A model generated the notes under the pieces. That model had not been told where the DNA came from. It did not search any database and saw only the letters and a list, made by a program, of their open reading frames with translations. A program made the position numbers and the translations under genes. From Deltaproteobacteria bacterium (GTDB lineage Bacteria; Myxococcota; JACRCW01), in assembly GCA_016218805.1 (NCBI GenBank), contig JACRCW010000169.1:1-64000 (forward strand): a stretch of 64,000 nt of DNA. The letters run 5' to 3'. Positions 17,191 through 30,167 of this stretch are shown in pieces (position 1 is the stretch's first letter; the number at the start of each line of letters is the position of its first letter).

Positions 17191-20100
17191 GTGACCACGC
17201 CCCGTGCGCTCCAGCCCCTTGCGCGGCTCCCGCCGGCCGGCCAGCCGCCGCTGCGCGTCAACGGCGTGCACGGCCTGGGCGTGGCCTACGTGGCGGTGTC
17301 CGCGCGCCGCCTCCACCCTGCCCGGCCCGTCATCCTGGTCACCCCGGACGAGGAGTCCGCTGACGAGGCCGCCCGCGACGTGCGCTTCCTGCTGGGCTGC
17401 GCCGGTGACGCCGCGTCCGGCGAGCGCGTGCTGCGCTTTCCCGGCGACGAGCGCGGCCCGTACGCGGAGCAGAGCCCGGACTCAGTGGCCATCATGGACC
17501 GGGTGGCCGCGCTGTTTGCGTTTGCCACCGACCGCGCCCCGGCGTTCCTGGTGGTCTCCGCCGCCGCCGCGTCCCGCCGGACGGTCCCGGTGCGCGCCCT
17601 GCAGCGCTACGCGCAGCTGCTGGTCACCGGTGAACAGGTGGGCCGCGAGCCGCTGCTCCAGGCCCTGTCCCGCAGCGGGTACACCCCGGTGTCACAGGTG
17701 GAGGAAGTTGGGACGTTTGCCGTGCGCGGCGGCATTGTGGACGTGTACGCGGCGGGCGAGCCGTGGCCCGTGCGCGTGGACCTGTTTGGCGACGAGGTGG
17801 AATCACTCAAGTACTTTGACCCCGAGACGCAGCGCACGCGGCCGGACCCGCCACTCAAGGAGTGGAGCTTTGGTCCCGCGCGCGAGGTGGTGTTTGACAC
17901 GGAGAACGTGGCGCGCGCCAAGGGCGCCCTGCGTGACCTGGCCGACCGGCAGGACATCCCCACGCGCCAGGTGAGCCAGCACCTGGCGGACATTGACGCG
18001 GGAATCCCGTTCTTTGGCATTGAGGGATTTGTTCCCGCGTTCTACCCGCCCGGCCGCCCCAGCCTGCTGCGCTTCCTGGCGGAGAACGGCGGCGCCAACC
18101 CGCCGGTGCTGGTCACGGAGGACTCCATCGCCTGCGGGCACGCGCTGCGGGCGGCGCATGACGAGTTCCTCCAGGCCCACGAACGCGCGCGTTCGCGCGG
18201 CCGCATGGCGTTCCCGCCGGATGACCACACCGCCACCCCGGACGAACTGGAGCGCGACCGCGCGCTGCTCCCGCGCGTGGAGCTGGAGCGGCTCAACCTC
18301 ATTGAGGCGGGCCCCGCACCGGTGGAACTCAAGTGCGTGCCCACCCGTGACCTGCGCAACCAGATCGTCGCGCGGCTCAAGGGCGCCACCGCGCACCAGG
18401 CTGAGGAACACGGCCACCACGCATCCGCCGAGGAACTGCTGGAACCGCTGGTCCTCAAGGCCAAGGCGCTGCGCTCCGCGCGCGTGGCCACGTTCCTGGT
18501 GGCGGAAACGCTGGGCGGCGTGGAGCGGCTCAAGGAACTGCTGGACGGGCACGGGCTGGGCGTGCGCGTGGTGAAGCAGGCCCCGGACGTGTTTGACGAG
18601 GAGGTCCTGCGCCGCTGGTTTGACCCGTCCGTCCACGCGTGGATCCTGCAGGGCCGGCCGCACGCGCCCTCGCGCGGTGCGGAGTTCCCGGACCTGGGCG
18701 TTGCGTTCATCTCAGAGGAGGAGATCTTTGGGAAGCGCGCGCAGCGCGGACCCAAGCACCGCTCCGCGTTCAAGACCAGCCTGTCAGACCTGGAACCCGG
18801 GGACTACGTGGTCCACGTGGACCACGGCGTGGGCACCTACCGCGGGCTGGTGCGGCTGGCCCTGCGCGGCGTGGAGGCGGACTACCTGCACCTGGAATAC
18901 GCGGGCCAGGACAAGCTGTACCTGCCCGTCACGCGCATCAACCTCATCCAGCGCTATGCCGGCGCGGACACCGCCAAGCCGCGGTTGGACAAGCTGGGCG
19001 GCACCGGCTGGGAGAACGCCAAGCAGCGCGTCAAGAAGGCCATCCTGGCCATGGCCGGTGAGCTGCTCAACCTCTACGCGCGCCGCGAACTGGCCACCGG
19101 GCAGGCCTACCCCGAGCCGGATGCCATGTTCCGCGAGTTTGAAGCGGAGTTTGCGTTTGAGGAGACCGCGGACCAGCAGAAGGCGATTGATGACTGTCTC
19201 AAGGACCTGCAGCGCGGGAAACCCATGGACCGCCTGGTCTGCGGCGACGTGGGGTACGGCAAGACGGAGGTGGCGCTGCGTGCGGCCATGCTGGTGGCGC
19301 TGGCCAGCCGGCAGGTGTGCGTGCTCGCCCCCACCACGGTGCTGGCGCAGCAGCACTACTACACGTTCCGCGAGCGCATGAAGAACTACCCCGTGCGCAT
19401 TGAGGTGGTCTCCAGCTTCCGCGCCACGCGCGAGGTGAAACAGGTGCTGCAGCGGCTGAAGGAAGGCCAGGTGGATGTCATCATCGGCACGCACCGCCTC
19501 CTCAACCCGGACGTTGCGTTCAAGGACCTTGGGTTGGTCGTTGTTGACGAGGAGCACCGGTTTGGCGTGGCGCACAAGGAGCGGCTCAAGCAGCTCAAGA
19601 CCGCGTCCCACGTCCTCACGCTGACCGCCACGCCCATCCCGCGCACGCTGCAGATGAGCTTCTTTGGCGTGCGGGACCTCTCCCTCATCCAGACGCCGCC
19701 CGTGGACCGCCGCAGCGTCCGCACCACGTTGGCCCGCTTCAGCGAAGAGGACATCCGCGAGACCATGCTGCGCGAGCTGCGCCGCGGTGGGCAGGTCTAC
19801 TTTGTGCACAACCGCGTGCAGTCCATCCACGCCATGCGGGACTTCCTGCAGCGGCTGGTGCCGGAGGCGCGCATTGGCGTTGGGCACGGGCAGATGGAAG
19901 GGCATGACCTGGAAGAGGTCATGGTCAAGTTCATCAACCGGGAACTCAACGTCCTGCTGTGCACCACCATCATTGAGAGCGGGATCGACATCCCGACCGC
20001 GAACACGATCATCATCAACCGCGCCGACCGCATGGGTCTGGCGCAGCTGCACCAGCTGCGCGGCCGCGTGGGCCGGTCCTCCGAGCGCGGTTACGCGCTG

Positions 20101-20958
20101 CTGCTCATCCCGCCGTCCACACAGATCACCGCGGAGGCCAAGAGCCGCCTGGAGGCGCTGCAGAAGTTCACGGACCTGGGCGCCGGCTTCCAGGTTGCCC
20201 AACACGACCTGGAGCTGCGCGGCGCGGGCGAGCTGCTGGGCAAGCAGCAACACGGACACGTCACCGCCGTGGGGTTTGAGATGTACGCGGAGCTGCTGGC
20301 GCAGGCGGTGCAGGAACTCAAGGGCCGCGCCGGCATCCTCACCGAGCACGACGCGCCCGACCCCGAGGTCAACCTCCCGGTGCGCGCGCTGGTGCCGGAC
20401 GGGTTCATTCCCGACGTGCACGAGCGGTTGTCGCTGTACCAGAAGCTTGCCACCGCCAAGGATTCCGCGGCGATTTACGACGAGATTGGCCTGGTGGGGG
20501 ACCGCTACGGGGAACCGCCGCCGGAAGTGCTGGCCCTGGCGGAGGTCATGGTCCTCAAACAGAAGCTGCGCGAGATGCACGCGCGCGCACTGGACGTGGC
20601 CACCCCGCCCCCGCCTGACCCGCGCAAGGGTCAGCGTGTGAAAGAGCTGCCGCGGCCGCGCACCGCGGAGGGCGCCGCCGCCGCGGGAACGCGCGCGCTG
20701 GATGAGGGCCTGCGCATCTTCATCACGCTGGGTGAGGGCGCGCGCCTGGATCCGGCCAGGCTCACTGAGTGGATTGCCAAGGACGCGCAGCACCGGCGCC
20801 TCACTCCGCAGATGAAGCTGGTCTACCACCCCACCCCGGAAGAGCTGATGGCCGCGGGCGAAGACGTCACCGCGCTGTGCCGCCGCCTGCTCAGCACGCT
20901 GCTCGAGGTCGCCGCGCCGCACAAAGGCGCCCGTGCCGCGACCCTGTCCGCCCGCTAG
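17191..20958 (+). CDS. mfd: Transcription-repair coupling factor
   Basis: UvrB-like FAVRGGIVDVY; CarD-like PGDYVVHVDHGVG; GDVGYGKT, DEEH, TATPIPRTL, QLRGRVGR, DLELRGAG; TRCF C-terminus. Confidence 0.97.
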   Translation: MTTPRALQPLARLPPAGQPPLRVNGVHGLGVAYVAVSARRLHPARPVILVTPDEESADEAARDVRFLLGCAGDAASGERVLRFPGDERGPYAEQSPDSVAIMDRVAALFAFATDRAPAFLVVSAAAASRRTVPVRALQRYAQLLVTGEQVGREPLLQALSRSGYTPVSQVEEVGTFAVRGGIVDVYAAGEPWPVRVDLFGDEVESLKYFDPETQRTRPDPPLKEWSFGPAREVVFDTENVARAKGALRDLADRQDIPTRQVSQHLADIDAGIPFFGIEGFVPAFYPPGRPSLLRFLAENGGANPPVLVTEDSIACGHALRAAHDEFLQAHERARSRGRMAFPPDDHTATPDELERDRALLPRVELERLNLIEAGPAPVELKCVPTRDLRNQIVARLKGATAHQAEEHGHHASAEELLEPLVLKAKALRSARVATFLVAETLGGVERLKELLDGHGLGVRVVKQAPDVFDEEVLRRWFDPSVHAWILQGRPHAPSRGAEFPDLGVAFISEEEIFGKRAQRGPKHRSAFKTSLSDLEPGDYVVHVDHGVGTYRGLVRLALRGVEADYLHLEYAGQDKLYLPVTRINLIQRYAGADTAKPRLDKLGGTGWENAKQRVKKAILAMAGELLNLYARRELATGQAYPEPDAMFREFEAEFAFEETADQQKAIDDCLKDLQRGKPMDRLVCGDVGYGKTEVALRAAMLVALASRQVCVLAPTTVLAQQHYYTFRERMKNYPVRIEVVSSFRATREVKQVLQRLKEGQVDVIIGTHRLLNPDVAFKDLGLVVVDEEHRFGVAHKERLKQLKTASHVLTLTATPIPRTLQMSFFGVRDLSLIQTPPVDRRSVRTTLARFSEEDIRETMLRELRRGGQVYFVHNRVQSIHAMRDFLQRLVPEARIGVGHGQMEGHDLEEVMVKFINRELNVLLCTTIIESGIDIPTANTIIINRADRMGLAQLHQLRGRVGRSSERGYALLLIPPSTQITAEAKSRLEALQKFTDLGAGFQVAQHDLELRGAGELLGKQQHGHVTAVGFEMYAELLAQAVQELKGRAGILTEHDAPDPEVNLPVRALVPDGFIPDVHERLSLYQKLATAKDSAAIYDEIGLVGDRYGEPPPEVLALAEVMVLKQKLREMHARALDVATPPPPDPRKGQRVKELPRPRTAEGAAAAGTRALDEGLRIFITLGEGARLDPARLTEWIAKDAQHRRLTPQMKLVYHPTPEELMAAGEDVTALCRRLLSTLLEVAAPHKGARAATLSAR

Positions 20959-20974
20959 GATCACCGCCGTCGCG

Positions 20975-21895
20975 ATGCGCTACCGCAACCTGGACGGTTC
21001 CATTCCCCAGACCCGTGCCTCCGTCTTCAAGTGGGCCGTGCTGGACCGCCTTTCCGGCAGGCGTGCGCCCAACCGCGCGCCCTTTGATGCGCCGCGCGTG
21101 CACAATGACGGCAGCGCCCTGCGCGGCAACACCGCGTCACCGCTGGTCACGTGGATCGGTCACGCCACGTGGATCATCCAGCTGCGCGGTGTGAACTTTG
21201 CCGTGGACCCCATCTGGGCCCGCGCCATCTCCGGCGTCATCCCGCGCCGCAGCGCACCGGGTGTGCCCCTGGACGCGCTCCCGCCGGTCCACTGCGTGCT
21301 CGTGTCGCACAACCACCGTGACCACATGGATGAGCCCACCCTGCGCGCGCTGTCCAACGCGCCGCGCGCCGTGGTCCCCGCCGGGCTGGGGCGCGCCATG
21401 CGCGCGCTCGGATATCGGGAAGTGACCGAGCTGGAATGGTGGCAGGACGTGGACGTTGGCGGCGTGCGGGTCACCCTGGTCCCCGCGCAGCACTGGAGCC
21501 GCCGCGGGCTGCATGACACCAACGCATCACTGTGGGGCGGGTTTGTGCTCGCCGCGGAGGGGAAGCGTGTCTACCACACGGGGGACACGGCCTACTTTGA
21601 CGGGTTCCGTGAGATTGCACGGCGCTGCGGCTCACCGGACCTGGCGCTGCTGCCCATAGGCGCGTACGACCCGGAGTGGTTCATGCGCAAGCAACACATG
21701 AATCCGGAGGACGCGTTGCAGGCCGCGCGTGACCTGGACGCGCGCCGCATCCTGCCCATGCACTGGGGCACCTATCAGCTCACGGACGAGTGGCTCGGTG
21801 AACCGCCGCAGAAGATCGTCGAGCTCGCTGCGCAGGACCCGCGCCTGCTGGAGCGCCTGGAACTGGTGCCCATCGGCGGCACCATTCCTTTCTAG
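20975..21895 (+). CDS. MBL-fold metallo-hydrolase (NAPE-PLD/RomA-like)
   Basis: TWIGHAT, SHNHRDH, PAQHWS, GDT, LPIGAY, PMHWGT motifs. Confidence 0.9.
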   Translation: MRYRNLDGSIPQTRASVFKWAVLDRLSGRRAPNRAPFDAPRVHNDGSALRGNTASPLVTWIGHATWIIQLRGVNFAVDPIWARAISGVIPRRSAPGVPLDALPPVHCVLVSHNHRDHMDEPTLRALSNAPRAVVPAGLGRAMRALGYREVTELEWWQDVDVGGVRVTLVPAQHWSRRGLHDTNASLWGGFVLAAEGKRVYHTGDTAYFDGFREIARRCGSPDLALLPIGAYDPEWFMRKQHMNPEDALQAARDLDARRILPMHWGTYQLTDEWLGEPPQKIVELAAQDPRLLERLELVPIGGTIPF

Positions 21896-21901
21896 GGAGC
21901 A

Positions 21902-22025
21902 CCTGGGAGGGCGAGGCTCCTGCCGAGCCCGCGTGAACGGCCCGCCCCGTGGCAACGCCGCGTGCCCTTTGTTTGTAATGTTTACCCGGCGGGACGTGGC
22001 TCGGCAGGAGCCTCGCCCTCCCAGG
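21902..22025. repeat. REP-doublet (REPIN/MITE-like) element with 28-bp perfect inverted arms
   Basis: CCTGGGAGGGCGAGGCTCCTGCCGAGCC at 21902-21929 and its exact reverse complement at 21998-22025; each arm holds a GGCTC-N5-GAGCC hairpin. Confidence 0.85.
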
Positions 22026-22029
22026 ATGT

Positions 22030-23574
22030 TCACATCCCGTAGTCCTTGAGCTTGCGTGCCAACGTGTTGCGGCCAATCTGCAGCACGCGCGCCGCCAGCG
22101 AACGGTTCCCCTGCACCAAATCCAGCACGTGCAGGATGTGCTCTTTCTCCACGTCAGCCAGCGGCTTTGTCGGCGGAAGGTTCCCGGACAGCGGAATGGC
22201 CAGCGGCGTGGGCAGCCGGGAAGGGCTCATCTCCGACGGTGCGTGCAGCGCCGGGGTGGCCTCCGGGAGTGGCAGGTGCTCGGGGAGGATCTCGCGGCCG
22301 TCCATGATGACCACCGCGCTCTCCACGCAGTTCTCCAGCTCCCGCACGTTTCCCGGCCACGGGTACGCGCACAGGCGTGACATCGCCACCGCGGACAACG
22401 TCGGTACCGCGCGCGCGTGGCGCCGCGCCGCTTGCGTCACAAAATGTTTCGCCAACCGCCCAATGTCGTCCGGGCCGCGCGCGCGCAGCGGCGGCAGGCG
22501 GATTTCCACCACCTTGATGCGGTAGTACAGGTCCGCGCGGAACGTTCCCGCTGCCACCATCTTCTCCAGGTCACGGTTGGTGGCCGCCACAATGCGCACG
22601 TCCACCTCAACGGGGCGGTTGCCGCCCACGCGCTCAAAATCGCGGTCCTGCAACACGCGCAGCAGCTTCCCCTGCACCGGCAGCGGCAGCTCGCCAATCT
22701 CATCCAGGAAGATGGTCCCCTTTTGCGCCGCGTCAAACTTCCCCACGGCGCGCTGGTCCGCGCCCGTGTACGCACCGCGCTCGTGCCCGAACAACTCATT
22801 CTCTATGAGCGACGCGGGCAGCGCCGCGCAGTCCACCTTCACAAACGCGCCGTCCCGCCGTGGCGAGTTCACGTGCACCGCGCGCGCGAACAGCTCCTTG
22901 CCCGTCCCGCTCTCGCCGGTGATGAGCACGGTGGCCTGTGACGCCGCCGCGCGCGTGGTCAGCTTGTACACCTGCCGCATCGGCGCGCTCTCGCCGACAA
23001 TGCGGTTGAAACGGTCCTGCAGCGGCACCGGCTCGGTGGCCTCCGCCGCGGGGCGCAGCAGCTGCGCGTGCAGCGTGGTGGACTCAATGGCCATCCCCGC
23101 CTGCCGTGACAGCTCCGTCAGCAGGCGCGCGTCCTCGTCCGTGAAGTGGCCGTCCAGCTTGTTGAGCAGCTGCACCACACCCACAATGTTGCCCGCGCGG
23201 TCCCGCACGGCCGCGGCCAGCATGCTCTCCGTGCGGTAACCCGTCTTCTCGTCCACACCGCCGTAGAAGCGCGCGTCCTCCTTGGCGGAGGGCACGTTCA
23301 CCAGCTCACCGGTCTGCGCCACGTGACCCGCCACGCCCTGGCCCAGCTTGAGGCGGATCTCCGGCAGCTCCGGCAGGTGCGCCGCCTTGGAGAACACCTC
23401 ACCCTTGCCGTGGTCCACCAGGTACAGCGTGCAGCGGTCCGCCCGCATGGCGGTCCGGATGCGGTCAATCATGGTGCGCAACAGGTCATCCAGCGCAACC
23501 TCGCGCCCAATGAGGTCGTGCACGCTCAGCAGGACTTCGTTGTCCTCACCCGGCTGCGCCATGACGGTGCTCAT
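22030..23574 (-). CDS. GAF-domain sigma54-dependent transcriptional activator (NifA/FhlA-like architecture)
   Basis: GAF region, [21 protein letters not shown] (GAFTGA variant), [15 protein letters not shown], Fis-type HTH. Start 23574 or 23562. Confidence 0.92.
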   Translation of the reverse strand: MSTVMAQPGEDNEVLLSVHDLIGREVALDDLLRTMIDRIRTAMRADRCTLYLVDHGKGEVFSKAAHLPELPEIRLKLGQGVAGHVAQTGELVNVPSAKEDARFYGGVDEKTGYRTESMLAAAVRDRAGNIVGVVQLLNKLDGHFTDEDARLLTELSRQAGMAIESTTLHAQLLRPAAEATEPVPLQDRFNRIVGESAPMRQVYKLTTRAAASQATVLITGESGTGKELFARAVHVNSPRRDGAFVKVDCAALPASLIENELFGHERGAYTGADQRAVGKFDAAQKGTIFLDEIGELPLPVQGKLLRVLQDRDFERVGGNRPVEVDVRIVAATNRDLEKMVAAGTFRADLYYRIKVVEIRLPPLRARGPDDIGRLAKHFVTQAARRHARAVPTLSAVAMSRLCAYPWPGNVRELENCVESAVVIMDGREILPEHLPLPEATPALHAPSEMSPSRLPTPLAIPLSGNLPPTKPLADVEKEHILHVLDLVQGNRSLAARVLQIGRNTLARKLKDYGM

Positions 23575-23652
23575 CCTACGCCCGCCCCCCCGGGGGCGCG
23601 CCAGCGACAGGACGACAGGACCCGACATGCTGCCACCTCCGTGGCATGGCGC

Positions 23653-23668
23653 AGCAGCGGACGTGCCA
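23653..23668 (-). promoter_or_regulatory. Putative sigma54 -24/-12 promoter
   Basis: The - strand reads TGGCACGTCCGCTGCT (GG-N10-GC), about 80 nt upstream of the activator start. Confidence 0.55.
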
Positions 23669-23774
23669 CGGCCGGCGCACAGGCCCATGGCGCGAATTGC
23701 GAGTTGCACCGGCCCCGCGTGGGCGGCCGTGAGCGGGGACACCGCGGAGGCTGCGCCGGGTTGGAGCGACGTCA

Positions 23775-23791
23775 TGCACCACAACGGCGCA
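23775..23791. promoter_or_regulatory. Putative enhancer (NtrC-type palindrome)
   Basis: TGCACC-ACAAC-GGCGCA versus consensus TGCACC-N5-GGTGCA, about 107 bp upstream of the -24 box. Confidence 0.4.
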
Positions 23792-23812
23792 GTTGATCGG
23801 GAACAGCGCAGC

Positions 23813-25750
23813 TCAGTCCAACGACCGCGCGTGCGTGAGGTAGGTGTACCCGCGCATGACCTCTTCATAGAAGTCCGTGAGCATGACGCTCTCCTTGGGC
23901 TTCATGGCGCCTTCCTTCACCTTCTGCTCCAGCGCGTTCTTGATCTTCTTCATCATCGCGTGCGGGTCGTATTGCAGGCGCGTCACCAGCTCAATGATGG
24001 GGTCACCCGGGATGATCTCCTCAATGTAGTAGTCCTCGGGGTCCTCGTCGTCACAGAAGACGTGCACCTCATTCACGCGGCCAAACAGGTTGTGCATGTC
24101 CCCCATGATGTCCTGGTAGGCGCCCACCAGGAACACGCCCAGGAAGTACGGCTCACCGGGCCTGAGCGAATGCAGCGACAGCGTCTCCCGCACGTCCTTG
24201 AGGTCGATGAACTTGTCGATCTTCCCGTCGGAGTCACACGTGATGTCCACGATGGTGGTCTCGCGCGTGGGGCGCTCATCAAAGCGGTGCACCGGCACAA
24301 TGGGGAACAGCTGTTTGACCGCCCAGTGGTCCGGCGCGCTCTGGAACAGCGAGAAGTTGGCCAGGTACTGGTCCGCCAACGCGTCCTGCAGGCGCTGCAG
24401 GTCCTCCGGTACCTGCGTCATGCGTTCCTGCAGGCGCAGGATGGAGCGCAGCACCTCCCAGAACAGGTTCTCCACCTTGGCGCGGTCCTCCAGGGACATG
24501 AAGCCCAGTGAGAAACGCTGCAGCGCCTCGTCCTTCTTGGCCACCGCGTCGTGGAAGCTCTCCAGCAGGTTCTTGGGCGAGAGGGCCTGCAGCGTCTCCC
24601 GCATCTCGCGGACCACCTCGTGCTCGTCCTTGGGCGGCGGCTCCAGGGACTTCTGTTCGCCTTCGCCGATTTCAATGTGGCCGAACACGTTCATGATGAC
24701 GCAGCTGTGGTGCGCCACCAGCGCGCGCCCGCTCTCTGACACCACGTTGGGCGGCGGGACGTTCTCCGCCTCACAGATCTGTTGCAGCTGGTAGATGACG
24801 TCAGAGCAGTACTCCTCCATGGTGTAGTTCATGGAGGATTCAAACGTGGTGCGGCTGCCGTCGTAGTCCACGCCCAGCCCGCCGCCGACGTCAAAGTAGT
24901 CCAACGGGAAGCCCATCTTCTTGAGCTTGGCGTAGATGCGCGCGCCTTCGCGCACCGCGTTCTTCACGGTGCGGATGTCCGTGAGCTGGCTGCCCACGTG
25001 GAAGTGGAAGAGCTTCAGCGCGCCCTCCATCTTCCGCTCGCGCAGCATGGTGCAGACCTTGATGATCTCCGGCGTGGTCAGCCCAAACTTGGCAAAGTCA
25101 CCCCCGGAGTGCTCCCACTTGCCAGCGCCACGCGTGGTCAGCTTTGCGCGCAGGCCAATCATGGGCTCTGCCACGCCCATGTCCTGCGCCAGGTTGAGGT
25201 ACGCGGGCAGCTCGGACAGCTTCTCAATGACGACGATGACCTTGCGGCCCAGCTTGCGTCCCAGCAGCGCCAGCTTGAGGTACTGGTCGTCCTTGTAGCC
25301 GTTGCAGATGGTGAGCGCGTCAAGGTCGTCGTTGAGACCCAGCACGGTGAGCAGTTCCGCCTTGGAGCCAGCTTCCAGGCCCATGTGGTAGGGCGCGCCC
25401 GCGTCAAGGATCTCCTCGACGATCTCGCGCATCTGGTTCACCTTGATGGGGTACACGCCAAAGTAGGCGCCGCGGTAGTTGTGGTCCGCAATGGCGCGCC
25501 GGAAGGACTCATTGAGCGCAACCACGCGGCTGCGCAGCACGTCCTGGAAGCGGATGGTGCACGGGAACCCGAGCTTCTTCTCGCGGATGTCCTCCACGAC
25601 GTCCATGATGTCGATGGACGGGCCGTTCTTCCCATAGGGCGTGCAGGCCAGGTGACCGCGCGAGTTGATCGTGAAGTAGCCGGCGCCCCAATTCGCGATG
25701 TTGTAGTGCGTGAGCGCCTTGTCCAGCGACCATTCGGGGAACAGGGTCAT
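23813..25750 (-). CDS. speA: Biosynthetic arginine decarboxylase
   Basis: VYPIKVNQ (PLP lysine), GLEAGSKAEL, HFHVGSQ, DVGGGLGVDYDG, SESGR, DITCDSDG, GAYQDIMGDMHNLFG. Alternative GTG start at 25783. Confidence 0.96.
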   Translation of the reverse strand: MTLFPEWSLDKALTHYNIANWGAGYFTINSRGHLACTPYGKNGPSIDIMDVVEDIREKKLGFPCTIRFQDVLRSRVVALNESFRRAIADHNYRGAYFGVYPIKVNQMREIVEEILDAGAPYHMGLEAGSKAELLTVLGLNDDLDALTICNGYKDDQYLKLALLGRKLGRKVIVVIEKLSELPAYLNLAQDMGVAEPMIGLRAKLTTRGAGKWEHSGGDFAKFGLTTPEIIKVCTMLRERKMEGALKLFHFHVGSQLTDIRTVKNAVREGARIYAKLKKMGFPLDYFDVGGGLGVDYDGSRTTFESSMNYTMEEYCSDVIYQLQQICEAENVPPPNVVSESGRALVAHHSCVIMNVFGHIEIGEGEQKSLEPPPKDEHEVVREMRETLQALSPKNLLESFHDAVAKKDEALQRFSLGFMSLEDRAKVENLFWEVLRSILRLQERMTQVPEDLQRLQDALADQYLANFSLFQSAPDHWAVKQLFPIVPVHRFDERPTRETTIVDITCDSDGKIDKFIDLKDVRETLSLHSLRPGEPYFLGVFLVGAYQDIMGDMHNLFGRVNEVHVFCDDEDPEDYYIEEIIPGDPIIELVTRLQYDPHAMMKKIKNALEQKVKEGAMKPKESVMLTDFYEEVMRGYTYLTHARSLD

Positions 25751-25851
25751 CGAGCTGCGGTCCTCCCGGGAGGTGATCTCCACACCGGCGAGGGAGCGAC
25801 CGCGCCGAGAAGCGCGTTTCTACCAGCAACCACCGCGTGCGCAACGGTTTT

Positions 25852-26280
25852 TCAGCGTGCAGCCGGCGGGGGGACCAGGCGGCCGCGCACGGCGGTGACA
25901 AAGCGCTCCAGGTCGCCCAGGTGGTTGTCAACGACGTCACGCACCAGGGTGGGGTCCACGGCGGCATACCCGTGCACCAGGACGTTCCGGAACCCGGCCA
26001 TGCGGCGCAGGTCGTCGCGGAGCGCCGGGTCGATCCACGCGTGCGCTGCGAGCAGGTCGAACAATTCGCGGTTGGTGGCGGGCTCACCCAGGCGTCCCTC
26101 GGCCACGATGTGGGCCGCCACGTCCAGCGCGGCCTGGATGGCCAGCTGCAGCGTGTGCTCAACGAAGCGGCGCTCCCGCACGTCCCGCAACAGCTCCGCG
26201 GGGCGGGCCAACGTGCGCAATTCCGTCAGGCAGGTCTCAATGAACGCGAGCTTCTTGAGGACCAGTTCGGCGTCGGTCAC
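25852..26280 (-). CDS. HEPN (HepT/DUF86) ribonuclease toxin
   Basis: RNVLVHGY (RX4HXY) motif; GTGA overlap with the upstream MNT gene. Confidence 0.9.
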   Translation of the reverse strand: MTDAELVLKKLAFIETCLTELRTLARPAELLRDVRERRFVEHTLQLAIQAALDVAAHIVAEGRLGEPATNRELFDLLAAHAWIDPALRDDLRRMAGFRNVLVHGYAAVDPTLVRDVVDNHLGDLERFVTAVRGRLVPPPAAR

Positions 26281-26666
26281 GGCGTCACCCGTCCCGCCCG
26301 GCGGTACAGCTGCAGGTAGGGCAGCAGGTCCCAGTATTCGTTGCGCCGCGCCACTTCAAAACGCACGCGGGCGGACCGGTCGTTTTCCACCAGCAGGACA
26401 CCATCACGCAGCACCCGGTGCACCAGGTCGGCCGGCGCGGCGTTGAGCGCCGTCACCTGCACCTCGTGTCTGACGGCCCGCTCCAGCCCGCCCTCAATGT
26501 CCAGCGCGCGGGCCGGCGGCACGCTGCCGCGGAAGAGCACCGCCACGTCCACGTCGCTGGCCGCGGTGGCGGTCCCGCGGGCGCGGCTGCCAAACAGCCA
26601 CGCGGCGGCCACGTCCGGCGCGTGCTCCTGCAACCAGGCCCGCAACGTGTCAGCCAGGTCCTCCAC
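26277..26666 (-). CDS. Minimal nucleotidyltransferase (MntA-like) antitoxin
   Basis: LFGSRARG...SDVDVAV (GS-X10-DXD); GTG start 4 nt after the clpA stop. Confidence 0.88.
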   Translation of the reverse strand: MEDLADTLRAWLQEHAPDVAAAWLFGSRARGTATAASDVDVAVLFRGSVPPARALDIEGGLERAVRHEVQVTALNAAPADLVHRVLRDGVLLVENDRSARVRFEVARRNEYWDLLPYLQLYRRAGRVTP

Positions 26667-26670
26667 GGCG

Positions 26671-29000
<2,330 letters not shown>

Positions 29001-29004
<4 letters not shown>

Positions 29005-29318
29005 TCGGGTTCCGACGTGACTTTCAGGGGGTACTGGTTGGCCTGGGCGTAGTCCGTCACCTGGACCACTTTTGCCTCGGCAACTTCGGCGGGGTAGACG
29101 CCAGCCACGCCCATGCCGGTGTGGTGCACCGTGAACATGATCTGCATGGCCTCCGTCTCGGACTTCTTGAAGAACTTCTGCAGCACGTGCACCACGAACT
29201 GCATCGTCGTGAAATCATCATTATGCAGGAGCACCTTGTGCTTGCGCGGCTTGCGGACCTCCGCCCGGTCTTTGGTGGCGACGTCGCCAGCGGGCGTTGA
29301 GGTCTTGGGCGTGGACAT
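29001..29318 (-). CDS. clpS: Clp protease adaptor ClpS
   Basis: KVLLHNDDFTTMQFVV and YPLK motifs; ATGA overlap with clpA. Confidence 0.95.
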
Positions 29319-29390
29319 GGGGATCGCGTTCCTCGTGGACGCGGGCCCACCCGGGCACCGCCCGGTCATGTTAAGCAGCAGGCCCGCCGG

Positions 29391-30077
29391 ATGCACGCGC
29401 CCACCGAGGAGACCGTCTTGGCTGCCAGGAGAACCCGAGAGACCCGGACCGAGAGGCTGGCCCGTGCGGCCGCCATCCTGGACGCACTGCGGGCGCGCTG
29501 GCCGGACGCGCGTTGCGAGTTGGCGTTTGAGAACCCCTGGCAACTGCTGGTTGCGGTGATCCTGTCGGCGCAATGCACGGACGCCAAGGTGAACCAGGCC
29601 ACGCCTGCGCTGTTCCGGCGTTTCCCGTCACCGGAGGCGTTGTCCGGGGTGGCCGCGGAGGAGGTGGAGCCGCTCATCCGGACGCTGGGGCTGTTCCGCA
29701 ACAAGGCCCGCAGCCTGGTGGTGACGGCGCGGGCGCTGGTGGAGAAGCACGGGGGGCAGGTGCCGGGCACGCGGGAGGAGTTGCAGGCGCTGGCCGGGGT
29801 GGGGCGCAAGACCGCGTCGGTGGTGCTGGCCAATGCGTTCCGTGTGCCGGCGCTGGCGGTGGACACGCACGTGGGGCGGGTGGCGCGGCGCCTGGGTCTG
29901 ACGACGGAGGAAGACCCCGACGGGGTGGAGCAGGACCTGTGCGCACTGTGGCCGCGTGACGCGTGGGTTGACGCGCACCATGCAACGGTGTTGCACGGCC
30001 GTTATGTCTGTCAGGCCCGCCGCCCGCAGTGCGAGCAATGTCCGCTCATGCCGCATTGCCCGCGGGTGGGCGTATGA
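29391..30077 (+). CDS. nth: Endonuclease III
   Basis: LSAQCTD, HhH LAGVGRKTA, VDTHV, 4Fe-4S motif CxARRPxCxxCxLxxxC. Confidence 0.93.
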   Translation: MHAPTEETVLAARRTRETRTERLARAAAILDALRARWPDARCELAFENPWQLLVAVILSAQCTDAKVNQATPALFRRFPSPEALSGVAAEEVEPLIRTLGLFRNKARSLVVTARALVEKHGGQVPGTREELQALAGVGRKTASVVLANAFRVPALAVDTHVGRVARRLGLTTEEDPDGVEQDLCALWPRDAWVDAHHATVLHGRYVCQARRPQCEQCPLMPHCPRVGV

Positions 30078-30167
30078 CGGCGGCATGAGGCCGGGCGGTG
30101 CGCAGCAGCGCCCGGGTGGGAGGCGGGTTTGACAGCGGCCACGTTGGGTCATCAACGGAGGGATTCC

